Source: a virus. From it: a DNA stretch of 64,000 nt. Shown piece by piece: positions 40,643-50,466 of the stretch. Numbering within the stretch: position 1 is the stretch's first letter; each line of letters opens with the position of its first letter. The position numbers and the translations under genes are program-made. Where the stretch lies: positions 1 to 64,000 of IMG/VR virus record IMGVR_UViG_3300031578_000005; one strand, given 5' to 3'. The notes beneath the pieces are model-generated. The model saw only the letters and a list, made by a program, of their open reading frames with translations. It was not told the origin of the DNA and made no database searches.

Positions 40643-42643
40643 ATGAATTTAGACTGTTTAAATAACATAATAACAACCAACCTAGCTGTTCAAATAGATA
40701 TTAGTAAATTAAAATCATGGAATTTGAATGCTGATTTAACCACGTTTAGCATAACAAAATGGAATGATGCTGTTTCTGATAACATCAACTTAATTGATTT
40801 TGGATTAACTGCTTTTGATAATGGTAGAACAAATATTATGTGGAGCGGAATCACACTAACACCACAAGATAATTTATTTTCAATGTATCGTGTTGGCTAT
40901 AATGACGTATATAACCCAATAAACACTGAAACTAGTGGAATTACGGCAATTACACAATACTTGCCAATTAGTGCAATTACAACAAGTACGGCAGGAAATT
41001 ATTTTGATTTAAATGGTGGATATTTGCAAGGATTTTTTAAATTAAATGGGTATAACTATGAATTATTACCATCAAGGTATAATGACGGAATTACAATTGA
41101 AACATTGTTATATCTATACCCAAATTCTAGTGGGATTTTTTATATGATGGGAGCACGTGCTGAAGATAAATATAATCCATATTTTAGTGGGGAAATTATT
41201 ACCGGTAATACTACAATTGGTGTTGTGAGTAGTTCTGATAATTATTTGGATGCAATAATTTCATCTGAGATTTTAAAAGAAAGCTTTTCAACACCAGAAA
41301 ATAACACCAATACAATATATACAGAAACCGATCCAATTAATAACATAAAAAATAATGTAATTGCCTTTGAAATAACTACTGAAGGTAATCTTAGTTATAA
41401 ATATGTCGATGATAATGGCGTTATTGTTAATAATTCATCACTAAATATCATTACAGCAACAGGATTTACGTTAATATCAATAGTATTTACGCCTTATAGT
41501 AAAATAACTGATATTGATTTATTATATTGTACTAAACAAAGAAGAGGTGATTTAGTTTTTTATGTCAACGGTCGCACAATCTGGGCAGTAAAAGATTTTC
41601 CAGAGTTTTATTTTAAATCATTTACAAATAATAATGAAAAACAATTAGGTGTTCCATATTCAATTAGCTGGGGTGGTGGCAGCTTTGGACTACAAAATTC
41701 TTGGCACTATGATTATCAAACATATATTATATATAGTGGACAAAACAGTAATTATATTAATTCAAAATTTTTCGTAACGAACAATCCGTTACCAAATATA
41801 TGCCGAATAACATCAACTGGCGATACGTATCTATCGGGATTATCATTAAGTGCTAATTCAACAACATTTATTAAAACAGATACTTGTAACCCAACAGTTC
41901 AAATTCCTGTTACAGTAATGTGTATTAATTATACTGGTAGTACAGGGAACACATATTTTGTCAGATTTAACCAACCAATATCAGTTATCTCTAATAGGGA
42001 TTATACCGTTAATTTATCGGTATATAATAACAATTTTTTTATGGCTAATACTGATAATAAGTTATCAATCTTAGCTTATAGTAATACTGTTGATATTAAC
42101 GTTATTGACGATACTGAATATATGTACCCATTACCATATAATATAAATAATATTGATAGCGAACTACATAAATTTAATGATGCTCAGGAATATGAATATA
42201 TTTTAAATGGCGTAATGTATTATGGGGTATCTGGACTTGAGGTAACACAACAAAATTCGCTAATTCAAAATAGCGATACAATAATGGCAAATAATGATAC
42301 GTGGTTGCCAATGACAAGTATTTTTAGAAGTACTGAGAATAGCGGTCAAAATAATATATATTTGGGATTATTAATTGAAACTGATGGAATTTTTAATACT
42401 GGTGGAACCCTATATGTTAAAGACTTTACATATACAGCTGCGGATATTTTAGTTCAGGATGAAAGAAAAGATAATTTATTAATTGAACAAAATTTTAATA
42501 CAAGTTTTATTGGTGGTATTCAAAAACTTAGAATATATGATATGGCATTAACATCACCAGAGATATTGCATAACGCATTATTTGAGGCAAATTTAAACTC
42601 AGATGTTATTGTAAACAAAGGTGGAAGAATAATACATAGATAA
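40643..42643 (+). CDS. Virion structural protein with LamG/concanavalin-like domain
   Basis: FYVNG, F.GGIQKLRIYD.ALT..EI..N. Confidence 0.65.
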   Translation: MNLDCLNNIITTNLAVQIDISKLKSWNLNADLTTFSITKWNDAVSDNINLIDFGLTAFDNGRTNIMWSGITLTPQDNLFSMYRVGYNDVYNPINTETSGITAITQYLPISAITTSTAGNYFDLNGGYLQGFFKLNGYNYELLPSRYNDGITIETLLYLYPNSSGIFYMMGARAEDKYNPYFSGEIITGNTTIGVVSSSDNYLDAIISSEILKESFSTPENNTNTIYTETDPINNIKNNVIAFEITTEGNLSYKYVDDNGVIVNNSSLNIITATGFTLISIVFTPYSKITDIDLLYCTKQRRGDLVFYVNGRTIWAVKDFPEFYFKSFTNNNEKQLGVPYSISWGGGSFGLQNSWHYDYQTYIIYSGQNSNYINSKFFVTNNPLPNICRITSTGDTYLSGLSLSANSTTFIKTDTCNPTVQIPVTVMCINYTGSTGNTYFVRFNQPISVISNRDYTVNLSVYNNNFFMANTDNKLSILAYSNTVDINVIDDTEYMYPLPYNINNIDSELHKFNDAQEYEYILNGVMYYGVSGLEVTQQNSLIQNSDTIMANNDTWLPMTSIFRSTENSGQNNIYLGLLIETDGIFNTGGTLYVKDFTYTAADILVQDERKDNLLIEQNFNTSFIGGIQKLRIYDMALTSPEILHNALFEANLNSDVIVNKGGRIIHR

Positions 42644-42753
42644 CTTATGACAGAAGATCAATATTATGATTATTATGAAGATTATGATAATCTATTTCGT
42701 GAGATATTAGAGTTAATGATAAATAAATTCGATTAACAAAAATCAATCCTAAT

Positions 42754-43209
42754 ATGTATCAAAAGGCACTTAATGAATTTACCAGATATGGTGGTTTAAT
42801 GAATTATCCGACAAAATATGTCGAACAATGGAAGGATATTATTATTAACAATTTTATGTATCTGGATGTTATTACAATGTTTTTGGGCCATACTAGTTAT
42901 TTCGATGTTGATACTTTTAACGATGTCGTATTATACGATGATGGGAATGAAGATAATTATGTTCATGATTGGAACGATGCAATGGAATATATTGAAAAAA
43001 TGGGATATGATGATTTTTTAGATAACATCTTACCGCATTTCTCAAATGGTCAGGATTTAATTAGTGATTATGGTCTGGAACCACTAAGAAAAATAGTTGA
43101 AGAATTATATGGTGAAACCGATCCTAATAAAATATTGGTTTTAATTAATAGAGCATTAGATATTTCACATCAGAGATCGAATTTATCAGAATTATTTATT
43201 GAGGGTTAA
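42754..43209 (+). pseudogene. Phage gene interrupted by the IS607 element; 3' part at 47924..48019
   Basis: ...SELFIE-GG-ESSLNRISGMNENVIRIINEEILKFIYYE* is restored in frame when 43206-47925 is removed. Confidence 0.75.
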
Positions 43210-43301
43210 TCAACTGCTACGATAATATTACACAAAATTATACAATATTTAATAAAAATTAACAAAATTTTTCGTATTTTTACAAAAAATATACTATTTA
43301 T

Positions 43302-43517
43302 ATGAAAAGAAGAAATAAAATTATGGAAAATTTGAAGAACCAATCGTTGAAAGTTGTTCGTGTTGACAAACATGAATTTGAACTTGATAACGGGGATGTA
43401 TATCCGATACCTTTCGAATTGGATGTTGATGAAGATATTTCCGTTGAAGAATTTCAGAAGATTCTGGACTCTTCAAAAGAACTGATGCTAAAGATACTTG
43501 AACAGTCAAATGAATAA
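43302..43517 (+). CDS. Small hypothetical protein at the left end of the IS607 element
   Basis: Overlaps the tnpA start. Confidence 0.65.
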   Translation: MKRRNKIMENLKNQSLKVVRVDKHEFELDNGDVYPIPFELDVDEDISVEEFQKILDSSKELMLKILEQSNE

Positions 43518-44166
43518 GTTATTATCCATACAACAAGTATCTCTGACTCTTGGTGTCACCAAGAAAACATTAAGGATATGGGATAACGAAGGTAAACTCA
43601 TATCTGTTAAAACCGTTGGTGGACACCGTAAATACCGTGAGGAAGACATTAACAACTACATGGGTGAACACAGTGTCGAAGTTGTTATAACTGGTGTCGC
43701 CACATATAGTCGTGTCAGTTCACATGAACAGAAAACCAAAGGAGATTTGGACAGACAGTCTCAGAGGATTTCTGAATACTGTGCGAAGAAAAAATATAGT
43801 GTTGAACATATTATTAAAGATGTCGGGTCTGGACTTTCGGACACCCGTGTTGGTTTTGTTAAACTCGTGGATTTGGTTATTAAGAAAAAAATTAGTAAAA
43901 TTGTAATCGAAAACAAAGACCGTCTTACCAGATTTCAATTCAACCTGATTAAGACATTCTTTAACAGTTATGATGTTGAGCTGGAATGTGTGGACAATAA
44001 CAACATATCCAATGAGGAAGAATTCGTGAACGACATCATGATGCTCATGGCTTCGTTCTCTGGAAAACTTTACGGGAAGCGTAGCGTTAAGCGTAAAAAA
44101 GAATTGAAAGAAGAAAAATTGAAGTTACAACAATTAAAAGAGAAAAATGAACAACCAGTGGTTTGA
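43510..44166 (+). CDS. tnpA: IS607-family transposase (MerR-HTH plus serine recombinase)
   Basis: LGVTKKTLRIWD..G, YSRVSS, DLDRQ, DVGSGL, KDRLTRF. Confidence 0.95.
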   Translation: MNKLLSIQQVSLTLGVTKKTLRIWDNEGKLISVKTVGGHRKYREEDINNYMGEHSVEVVITGVATYSRVSSHEQKTKGDLDRQSQRISEYCAKKKYSVEHIIKDVGSGLSDTRVGFVKLVDLVIKKKISKIVIENKDRLTRFQFNLIKTFFNSYDVELECVDNNNISNEEEFVNDIMMLMASFSGKLYGKRSVKRKKELKEEKLKLQQLKEKNEQPVV

Positions 44167-46783
44167 AAGTAGAAATCTGAGAGTATTAACATACCAAGAT
44201 ACCGCAATTACTAAAGTACAGGAAAGTCTTGAACAGCGTGAGATAACTGTTCTCGCTGCCTGTCCGTCAGCAGGAAAAACTCTTATGACAATTTATATGA
44301 TGGAAGAATGGCTTCGTCAGAATCCCAATAGTAAAATAATGGTACTGGCTCACGGTACAACAATTCTCCGTACACAGTTTCATGATGTTCTCAAAGAGAC
44401 TAAACCAAATTTCACATACAACCTTGTTGAGAAATTCACTCAGTATGATGTTACCGCAGATGTCAATATTTGTTTACCTCAGACTCTTGCAGGAAATGTC
44501 TTGGATAAGATTGACTTTCTCATAGTCGATGAAGCGCACCAATTTTACTTCGCTGAGAAGATGATGAAAGACATCATCAAACAGACCAAGCCGAAGAAAC
44601 AATTGCTTCTCACGGGTACACCATCACCATTCATCAGAAAAGGTTTTAAAATCATTCCTGTTACGCTCAACACGATATTTGATGAAGGTATGATTTCAGA
44701 CCTTTATGTTGAGATAGCAACATCATCGTACACCTTTGACCCGATGACTGACTTCAATCAAGATGATGAACTAAAACTTGGCGTTTATATAAAGGATTCT
44801 GAGACAAAGAAAACACTTGATGACCTTGTAAGTAAGATTGTTGAAAGGCTCAAAAGTATTAGAGGTAATGATTATCAGAACTTGCTTCCCGAATGGTTAC
44901 CCACATTAAAAAGACTACAAAAGACGATGATTGCTTGTAGGAGTCAACAACAGGCAATGCAAGTTAAACATTACTTTGACAAGATGGGTGTTAAATCAGC
45001 ATTAAGCATATCAGACATTGATTATAACAGCAGTGAGATTGAAGTCTTCAAACAAGATGTTGATTGTCTTATTCTTATTGTAGTGGGTCGTGGTATACTT
45101 GGCTTTAATTATCCAGAACTTGTGAATGTTGTTGATATGACCACAAGTCAGAATGTTGATAGGATATATCAGTTGCTCTGTCGTGTTATCCGTAAACATC
45201 CCGAAGGTCAGAAGAAACTATTTTTCAAGGTTGCTCCGAATATTCATAGTGATTACTACAAATACATAATGACCGCAGTATTATCATTGTCAGATGAATC
45301 ATTTTTTACCAAGTTCAACGGGAAGAATTTCTCAGAAATGATTATTCCTATCATCAAAACAAAGAGAGAACATCACGAACCAAATAATGGTGGTGGTAAT
45401 GGTAAACCAAGACCGAAAACATTAAAACCAATTGACTTTGAGGGTTTACCAGTTTTCGAATTTTTCAAAGACCTTTATCATAAGAAGGATGCGTTGCTTC
45501 ATGTTTATGCATACACAACGGTAAGGGATGTACGAGCAGAATTTATGAATTTTAAACCAAGCGGTTATTGGACTTTTGAAAAATGTATGGAAAGTGCATC
45601 ACACTATATTAGTAGTGGAGATTGGTTTAAAAATGATTCGGGTGCATATACTGCTGCCATCGAAAAGAAATGGTTTGAAGCATGTACGAAACATATGTTA
45701 AATGTTAGAAAACCAAATGGTTTTTGGACAAAAGAAAAATGTATAGAAAGTGCATTAAAATATAAAACTAAAAACGAATGGAGAATACATAATAATAAAG
45801 CATTAAATGCTGCATTATTAAATAATTGGTACGATGAATGTACCAAACATATGGTGGATATGCATAATTCATGGACGAAAGAAAAGTGTATTGAGAGTGC
45901 GAAAAAACATAATAATAAAACCGCTTGGTTTAAAAATGACGGGAACGCCTACTCTGCTGCGAAAAATAATGGATGGTTCGAAGAATGCGTTACTCACATG
46001 GAAAAATTAACAGGATTTTGGACATTTGAAGCATGCAAAACAAGTGCTTTAAAATATAATACCGTTAAAGAATGGTTAAAAAATGAAAGTGGAGCATATC
46101 ATAAAGCCAGAAATAATAATTGGTTGGAAGAATGTTGTAGTCATATGTCACGATTAAACAGAAAACCATATACTAAAGAAGAATGTATTGAAAATGCGAA
46201 AAAATATACGAAATTATTCGATTGGAGAAAAGAGAATTGTAATTTATATGCTGCTGTATTAACCAACGGATGGCTGGAAGAATGCACATCACATATGACA
46301 AGATTGGTAAAAAAGCGTTGGACACTTGACACATGTAAAGTAAGTGCTCTCAAATATAATACAAGAAGAGAATGGTTTGATGGCGAAATGTCTGCATATA
46401 ACGCTGCTCGTATAAATAAATGGTTGGATGAATGTTGTCCACATATGACAAGAGAATCGTTTCCAAAAAATTACTGGACGAAAGATAAATGTTTAAAAAT
46501 TGTATTAAATTATCGAACATCCAAAGAATGGAAAATCGGTGATAATAAATCCTATACCGCAGCACAAAGATATGGATGGCTTAATGAATGCACTAATCAC
46601 ATGAAAAATAATTTAAATAACAGCAATATGGAAAACGAAAAATTTGAACAAAGAAACTATGTTAAACCTGCTTGGCAGCCAACTGAAAAGGAAATGGCAC
46701 AGGAGAAACAAATCATTACAAACGAACCAACACCCGAACCTGCTCCAGTAACAACAGAAGGTGATAATACAAACAACGAGTAA
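44147..46783 (+). CDS. SF2 (DEAH) helicase with seven C-terminal ~50-aa Trp/Cys/His repeats
   Basis: ACPSAGKT, VDEAH, LTGT, QLLCRVIR; WT.E.C..SA.KY....W.......Y..A....W..EC..HM x7. Confidence 0.85.
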   Translation: MNNQWFESRNLRVLTYQDTAITKVQESLEQREITVLAACPSAGKTLMTIYMMEEWLRQNPNSKIMVLAHGTTILRTQFHDVLKETKPNFTYNLVEKFTQYDVTADVNICLPQTLAGNVLDKIDFLIVDEAHQFYFAEKMMKDIIKQTKPKKQLLLTGTPSPFIRKGFKIIPVTLNTIFDEGMISDLYVEIATSSYTFDPMTDFNQDDELKLGVYIKDSETKKTLDDLVSKIVERLKSIRGNDYQNLLPEWLPTLKRLQKTMIACRSQQQAMQVKHYFDKMGVKSALSISDIDYNSSEIEVFKQDVDCLILIVVGRGILGFNYPELVNVVDMTTSQNVDRIYQLLCRVIRKHPEGQKKLFFKVAPNIHSDYYKYIMTAVLSLSDESFFTKFNGKNFSEMIIPIIKTKREHHEPNNGGGNGKPRPKTLKPIDFEGLPVFEFFKDLYHKKDALLHVYAYTTVRDVRAEFMNFKPSGYWTFEKCMESASHYISSGDWFKNDSGAYTAAIEKKWFEACTKHMLNVRKPNGFWTKEKCIESALKYKTKNEWRIHNNKALNAALLNNWYDECTKHMVDMHNSWTKEKCIESAKKHNNKTAWFKNDGNAYSAAKNNGWFEECVTHMEKLTGFWTFEACKTSALKYNTVKEWLKNESGAYHKARNNNWLEECCSHMSRLNRKPYTKEECIENAKKYTKLFDWRKENCNLYAAVLTNGWLEECTSHMTRLVKKRWTLDTCKVSALKYNTRREWFDGEMSAYNAARINKWLDECCPHMTRESFPKNYWTKDKCLKIVLNYRTSKEWKIGDNKSYTAAQRYGWLNECTNHMKNNLNNSNMENEKFEQRNYVKPAWQPTEKEMAQEKQIITNEPTPEPAPVTTEGDNTNNE

Positions 46784-46785
46784 CA

Positions 46786-47922
46786 ATGAAACTAATCAGG
46801 TCAACTAAATGTAGTCTGAAGTTCGCTACTGCGAAGAAAAAGAATGATTTACTAACTATCTTGAGTGAATACTCAAAGGTGGTTAATATCTTCATTGACT
46901 ATTTCTGGTTGAATTCTGATAAAGCAACAAAAGGAGAACTTCTTAAACCCGTTGTGGATTTACCACAAGACTCATGGTTGTCGGCTCGACTGAGAAAAGT
47001 TGCAGCAAGAGAAGCAATCGACATGATTAATGCCAGTAAGCAACGATGGAAAGAGAAAGCCGTTAAGCCATTACACAAAGGTCAGAGGATGTATGTTAGT
47101 TGTACCATTGCTGACCTTGTATCAACCAAAAACAATGGTTATAAAACCGAAGACAGCAGACTTTTTGATGCTTGGTTACACATAGCCAGTGTTGGTAATA
47201 AGATGATAATGGACTTGCCGATAAAATACCATAAGCACTTCAACAAATACAATAACATTGGTAGGAGACTGAATTCATATATCATTACCAAGAACTATGT
47301 GCAATTCAGTTTCGAGATAATTACCGAGACAAAGAAGGAAGGTAAACATTGTATCGGTATTGATACAGGTATAAACGCATTGGCAAGTCTTAATAATGGT
47401 AATCAGTATGGTAAGGACATCAAAGGTTGTATCGAGAGAGTTAAAAGATGCAAGCAGAAGTCCAATGGTTATTATGTAGCCAAGAGAGCATTGAAACAAA
47501 GGATTGATGAAACAGCAAAGGAAATATTAGTTAAAGAAACCCCAGATTTAATTGTTGTAGAGCAACTAAAGAAAATGGGATTTAAAAGTAAAGCCAAACG
47601 CTTGTTGGCTAAAAATATCAGGCGTTCTATCGGAACTTGGAATTGGAAGTATTGGTTGAAAAGGTTAGAAGCACAATGCGAGATTAACCGTGTTAGTTTT
47701 CGCAGTGTAGCACCTTATTACACCAGTACAACCTGTCCAATATGTGGTCATTCCGATAGGGGAAATCGACTCGGAGAAGTGTTCTTGTGTCTCAGTTGTG
47801 GTCACGGAGACAATGCAGATATAAATGCGGGTAAGAACATTTTGAATCGATTTCTCACGGGACAATACGGTGCTCGTTACAAGGAAATAAAGGATGTGCA
47901 AGTTTGTGCAGATTTATTTTAA
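46786..47922 (+). CDS. tnpB: TnpB RNA-guided nuclease
   Basis: IGIDTG (RuvC-I), VVEQL (RuvC-II), CPICG/CLSCG zinc finger, NADINAGKNI (RuvC-III). Confidence 0.93.
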   Translation: MKLIRSTKCSLKFATAKKKNDLLTILSEYSKVVNIFIDYFWLNSDKATKGELLKPVVDLPQDSWLSARLRKVAAREAIDMINASKQRWKEKAVKPLHKGQRMYVSCTIADLVSTKNNGYKTEDSRLFDAWLHIASVGNKMIMDLPIKYHKHFNKYNNIGRRLNSYIITKNYVQFSFEIITETKKEGKHCIGIDTGINALASLNNGNQYGKDIKGCIERVKRCKQKSNGYYVAKRALKQRIDETAKEILVKETPDLIVVEQLKKMGFKSKAKRLLAKNIRRSIGTWNWKYWLKRLEAQCEINRVSFRSVAPYYTSTTCPICGHSDRGNRLGEVFLCLSCGHGDNADINAGKNILNRFLTGQYGARYKEIKDVQVCADLF

Positions 47923-48011
47923 CGGTGGTGAAAGTTCATTAAATAGAATTTCAGGCATGAATGAAAATGTCATAAGAATAATCAATGAGGAAATATTAAA
48001 ATTTATTTATT

Positions 48012-48215
48012 ATGAGTAAACTAACCGAAATATATGATGGGTGGAAAAATTTAACGTTTCCAAATCCAAACATCGAAAAACTCGCAAAAACAAGAATTGG
48101 GATTTGTGTCGATTGTGACAAATTAACAAGGAATAATACTTGTAAACTTTGTGGATGTTATATGCCAGCCAAAGTTCGCTCAAAACAAAGTAAATGTAAT
48201 TTAAATAAGTGGTGA
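48012..48215 (+). CDS. Small Cys-rich protein
   Basis: RIGICVDC...CKLCGCYMPAKVR....C...KW. Confidence 0.75.
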   Translation: MSKLTEIYDGWKNLTFPNPNIEKLAKTRIGICVDCDKLTRNNTCKLCGCYMPAKVRSKQSKCNLNKW

Positions 48216-48312
48216 TAGCTTATTAAGTTGAATAATAAGTACCTCTCGTTTCTTATCAATTATTTTACAAATTTTTTTTAATAATTCTTTTTTATTGTTC
48301 ATTATTAATTTG

Positions 48313-48927
48313 TTAGCAATATGGAATATTCTGAATATTATCTTTCATTTCAGGTGTTCTAATATCTAGATTGGTATGATTACTAATATAATCAGCGATA
48401 TACTCTCTAATAAAGAGTACTTTTATCTTATTTGGCGCAATCCTGAATGCTTTAAAATCAATTTCATCACCGTTTGTCGTATTTAGTGTAACATTAATAT
48501 CACCCCAATCAAAACTATTAAACCATTCATCATTTGTTTGTTGTGTATAGCTATCAGTACTGATATTATCTGATTCTTCTTTACCAATACTAATGTTATC
48601 ACTGTAAAAATCTAAATCAAACACAATTGGTTCCTTTTCTTGATCATATGAATATTCTATATTTAAAAAATATCTAATCGTTAATGTTGAAGTATCTTCA
48701 GGGGAATTCTCCCAATCGCCACCAATTGTGGATTCGGTTACATCGATTTTTATTTTATTTTGTTTATTTAATAATGAATCACATATGAATTGTTTCTGGA
48801 AATCTTCATTATTTAGTATATCAACAGATTCTTTTTCTTTCTGATACTTATCGTTATTTAAAAAATCAAAATCAGAAATTTCTTCATTAATAATCCTTAT
48901 AAAGTCCTTTTTTTGCATTGTACTCAA
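48313..48927 (-). CDS. Hypothetical protein with IRIINEEI leader
   Basis: ORF, late motif upstream. Confidence 0.7.
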   Translation of the reverse strand: MSTMQKKDFIRIINEEISDFDFLNNDKYQKEKESVDILNNEDFQKQFICDSLLNKQNKIKIDVTESTIGGDWENSPEDTSTLTIRYFLNIEYSYDQEKEPIVFDLDFYSDNISIGKEESDNISTDSYTQQTNDEWFNSFDWGDINVTLNTTNGDEIDFKAFRIAPNKIKVLFIREYIADYISNHTNLDIRTPEMKDNIQNIPYC

Positions 48928-49123
48928 TTTTAAATAAATACTGTTTATCTAATATAAATTTATGTTTTTTAATAAATTTTTTGTGATAATATTAATGCAT
49001 AGAGTATTTATTGGTATAGAATCATCGCTTAATATTGACATTAAGCTAAGTCTGAAAAAAGTCAGGAATGATTTTAAAAATTTATCGCCCGACAGTGGTT
49101 ATGTAAATTTTTAATACTTGACA

Positions 49124-49155
49124 AAAATGCATCAATACCAATGGTGCATTTTTTA
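49124..49155 (+). terminator. Intrinsic terminator
   Basis: aaaaatgcatca-atacca-atggtgcattttt. Confidence 0.65.
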
Positions 49156-49188
49156 TGTGCAATTGGTATTTATATTAAAAATTAATTA

Positions 49189-49468
49189 ATGTCCAAAAAC
49201 AATAAAAATAGATTATTGGAAATAATGAAGCTAGTTAATCCTTCATTTATTACCGAAGATTTTAATGACAAGCCATTACCAACGAGCTGTGAAAAATTCA
49301 TCAGCAGTACAATACTCAAATTCACGTATAGATACTCCAGTTGAGTTCGAAGACGCATTTAAAGTATGGTTTAGCTCAACGGGTTTTCATCCAGAAAAAA
49401 GTAATTTAACCATATCACAAGCACAGGTATTTGTAAAAAAAGTCATGCAAGAATTGGGATATAAATAA
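49189..49468 (+). pseudogene. Frameshifted late gene with MSKNNKNRLLEIMK leader
   Basis: ATG 49189 follows GTATTTATA; C-terminus is in the 49265..49468 frame. Confidence 0.55.
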
Positions 49469-49494
49469 TTATTTTAAAAATTATTTGCAGTTAT

Positions 49495-49526
49495 TGTAAC
49501 ATTTACTATCTTTGCTACGTATTTAT
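49495..49526 (+). promoter_or_regulatory. Putative promoter of tRNA operon 1 (TGTAAC-N17-CGTATTTA)
   Basis: Near-identical to 51500-51530; motif recurs at least 9 times. Confidence 0.7.
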
Positions 49527-49745
49527 AAAAAGGAGTATAAATTCCATCCATTGTTTTTACGTGAATGGAATGTAAGCGGCAAATGCTAATCCTGATTGAG
49601 AATATACTAAAGTAAGGAATAATCATATTGTCGGGTTCAGGGATTGAATCCTACATTAAGCAAAAACGGGATGAGGCGTTGCCATTAGGTGAGTCTATGA
49701 CCCCCGAAGCCCAACCCGTCAGTTTTGCTGTGGGTGGTAGTTCAC
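49527..49745 (+). mobile_element. Non-autonomous IS200/IS605-type remnant (omegaRNA/right end only)
   Basis: Ends gaagcccaaccc...gggtggtagTTCAC; TTTAT immediately 5'. Confidence 0.65.
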
Positions 49746-49797
49746 AAAATGCAAGCCTATTATTTAGGCAGTTAATTAAATTGAAGAATTAGAAATT

Positions 49798-49872
49798 ATG
49801 AAAAATTTTACACATACTCAGCCCCAACCGCAACAACATCCACAAGAAGTTGAATGGGGAAAATATGTTTAA
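49798..49872 (+). CDS. Leader peptide 1 MKNFTHTQPQPQQHPQEVEWGKYV
   Basis: 10 of 11 consecutive codons are Pro/Gln/His; precedes terminator and Pro/His/Gln tRNAs. Confidence 0.85.
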   Translation: MKNFTHTQPQPQQHPQEVEWGKYV

Positions 49873-49901
49873 AAATTTTAAGAATATTTTAAAATGAACA
49901 T

Positions 49902-49931
49902 AGACCCCATTCGAAAGAGTGGGGTTTTTTT
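49902..49931 (+). terminator. Attenuator terminator 1
   Basis: accccattc-gaaa-gagtggggt plus T run. Confidence 0.85.
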
Positions 49932-49984
49932 GTAACAAAAAATTTGATATTACGTATAGTTGTTCTTTGAAATATAATTTAAAA

Positions 49985-50058
49985 CTGGGAGTGGGAAAAT
50001 TGGTTAATCCGCTTGCCTTGGACGCAAGAGACTGCTGAATCGTACTCAGCCTCCCAGA
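49985..50058 (+). tRNA. tRNA-Pro(TGG)
   Basis: Cloverleaf; cttgc-cTTGGac-gcaag; atypical T-loop atcgtac. Confidence 0.88.
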
Positions 50059-50067
50059 CAATTTTAT

Positions 50068-50156
50068 CGAGTAGTAGCTCTGTAGCTGGTAGCAGTCCCG
50101 TCTTGGAAACGGGTGGAATATAAAATCCCTCGCAGGTTCGAACCCTGCCTATTCGA
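50068..50156 (+). tRNA. tRNA-Pro(TGG) with long variable arm
   Basis: cgagtag/ctattcg; cccgt-ctTGGaa-acggg; extra arm gga-atataaaa-tcc. Confidence 0.8.
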
Positions 50157-50214
50157 CTGGTAGTCAAAGAGTTATATTGATTTCTACTTTGACTGTAAAA
50201 AAATCCATATATAT

Positions 50215-50290
50215 GGTGGTATTAGTGTAGTGGTTAGCACGATACTCTGTGAAAGTATTAGCACCAGTTCAAATCTGGTATATCACCCCA
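50215..50290 (+). tRNA. tRNA-His(GTG)
   Basis: G-1:C73, atact-ctGTGaa-agtat, encoded CCA. Confidence 0.92.
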
Positions 50291-50295
50291 AATAT

Positions 50296-50369
50296 TACTC
50301 TCTGGTGTAATTGGTTAACATTTTGGAATTTGACTCCAAAGATTGTAGGTTCAAGTCCTACGAGAGTAA
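50296..50369 (+). tRNA. tRNA-Gln(TTG)
   Basis: tactctc/gagagta; ttgga-atTTGac-tccaa. Confidence 0.88.
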
Positions 50370-50375
50370 CAATAT

Positions 50376-50458
50376 TGTCCTCTGGCAGAATGGCTATTGC
50401 ATCGCCCTTTGAAGGCGACACCCGAAACGGTTTACAGGTTCGAATCCTGTGAGGACTA
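50376..50458 (+). tRNA. tRNA-Gln(TTG) with long variable arm
   Basis: tcgcc-ctTTGaa-ggcga; extra arm ccg-aaa-cgg. Confidence 0.8.
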
Positions 50459-50466
50459 CACTATAT

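Larger units (their letters stand above)
43206..47925 (+). mobile_element. IS607-family element with cargo (orf, tnpA, helicase-repeat gene, tnpB)
   Basis: GG core at both junctions, acaaaatt-like direct repeats at the left end, serine recombinase and TnpB, visibly higher GC than flanks. Confidence 0.88.

Noticed and set aside
43206-43510. IStron (group I intron at the IS607 left end)
   Set aside because: The region is short and AT-rich, holds direct repeats and a small ORF, and shows no recognisable group I core.
45560-46605. Diversity-generating retroelement template/variable repeats
   Set aside because: Repeats are diverged protein-level units with no adenine-specific pattern, and no reverse transcriptase is present.
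49789-50452. ORF-track calls overlapping tRNAs (49789-, 49979-, 50249+; likewise 51881+, 52638-, 62537-, 62734-)
   Set aside because: Spurious frames across tRNA genes and attenuators.
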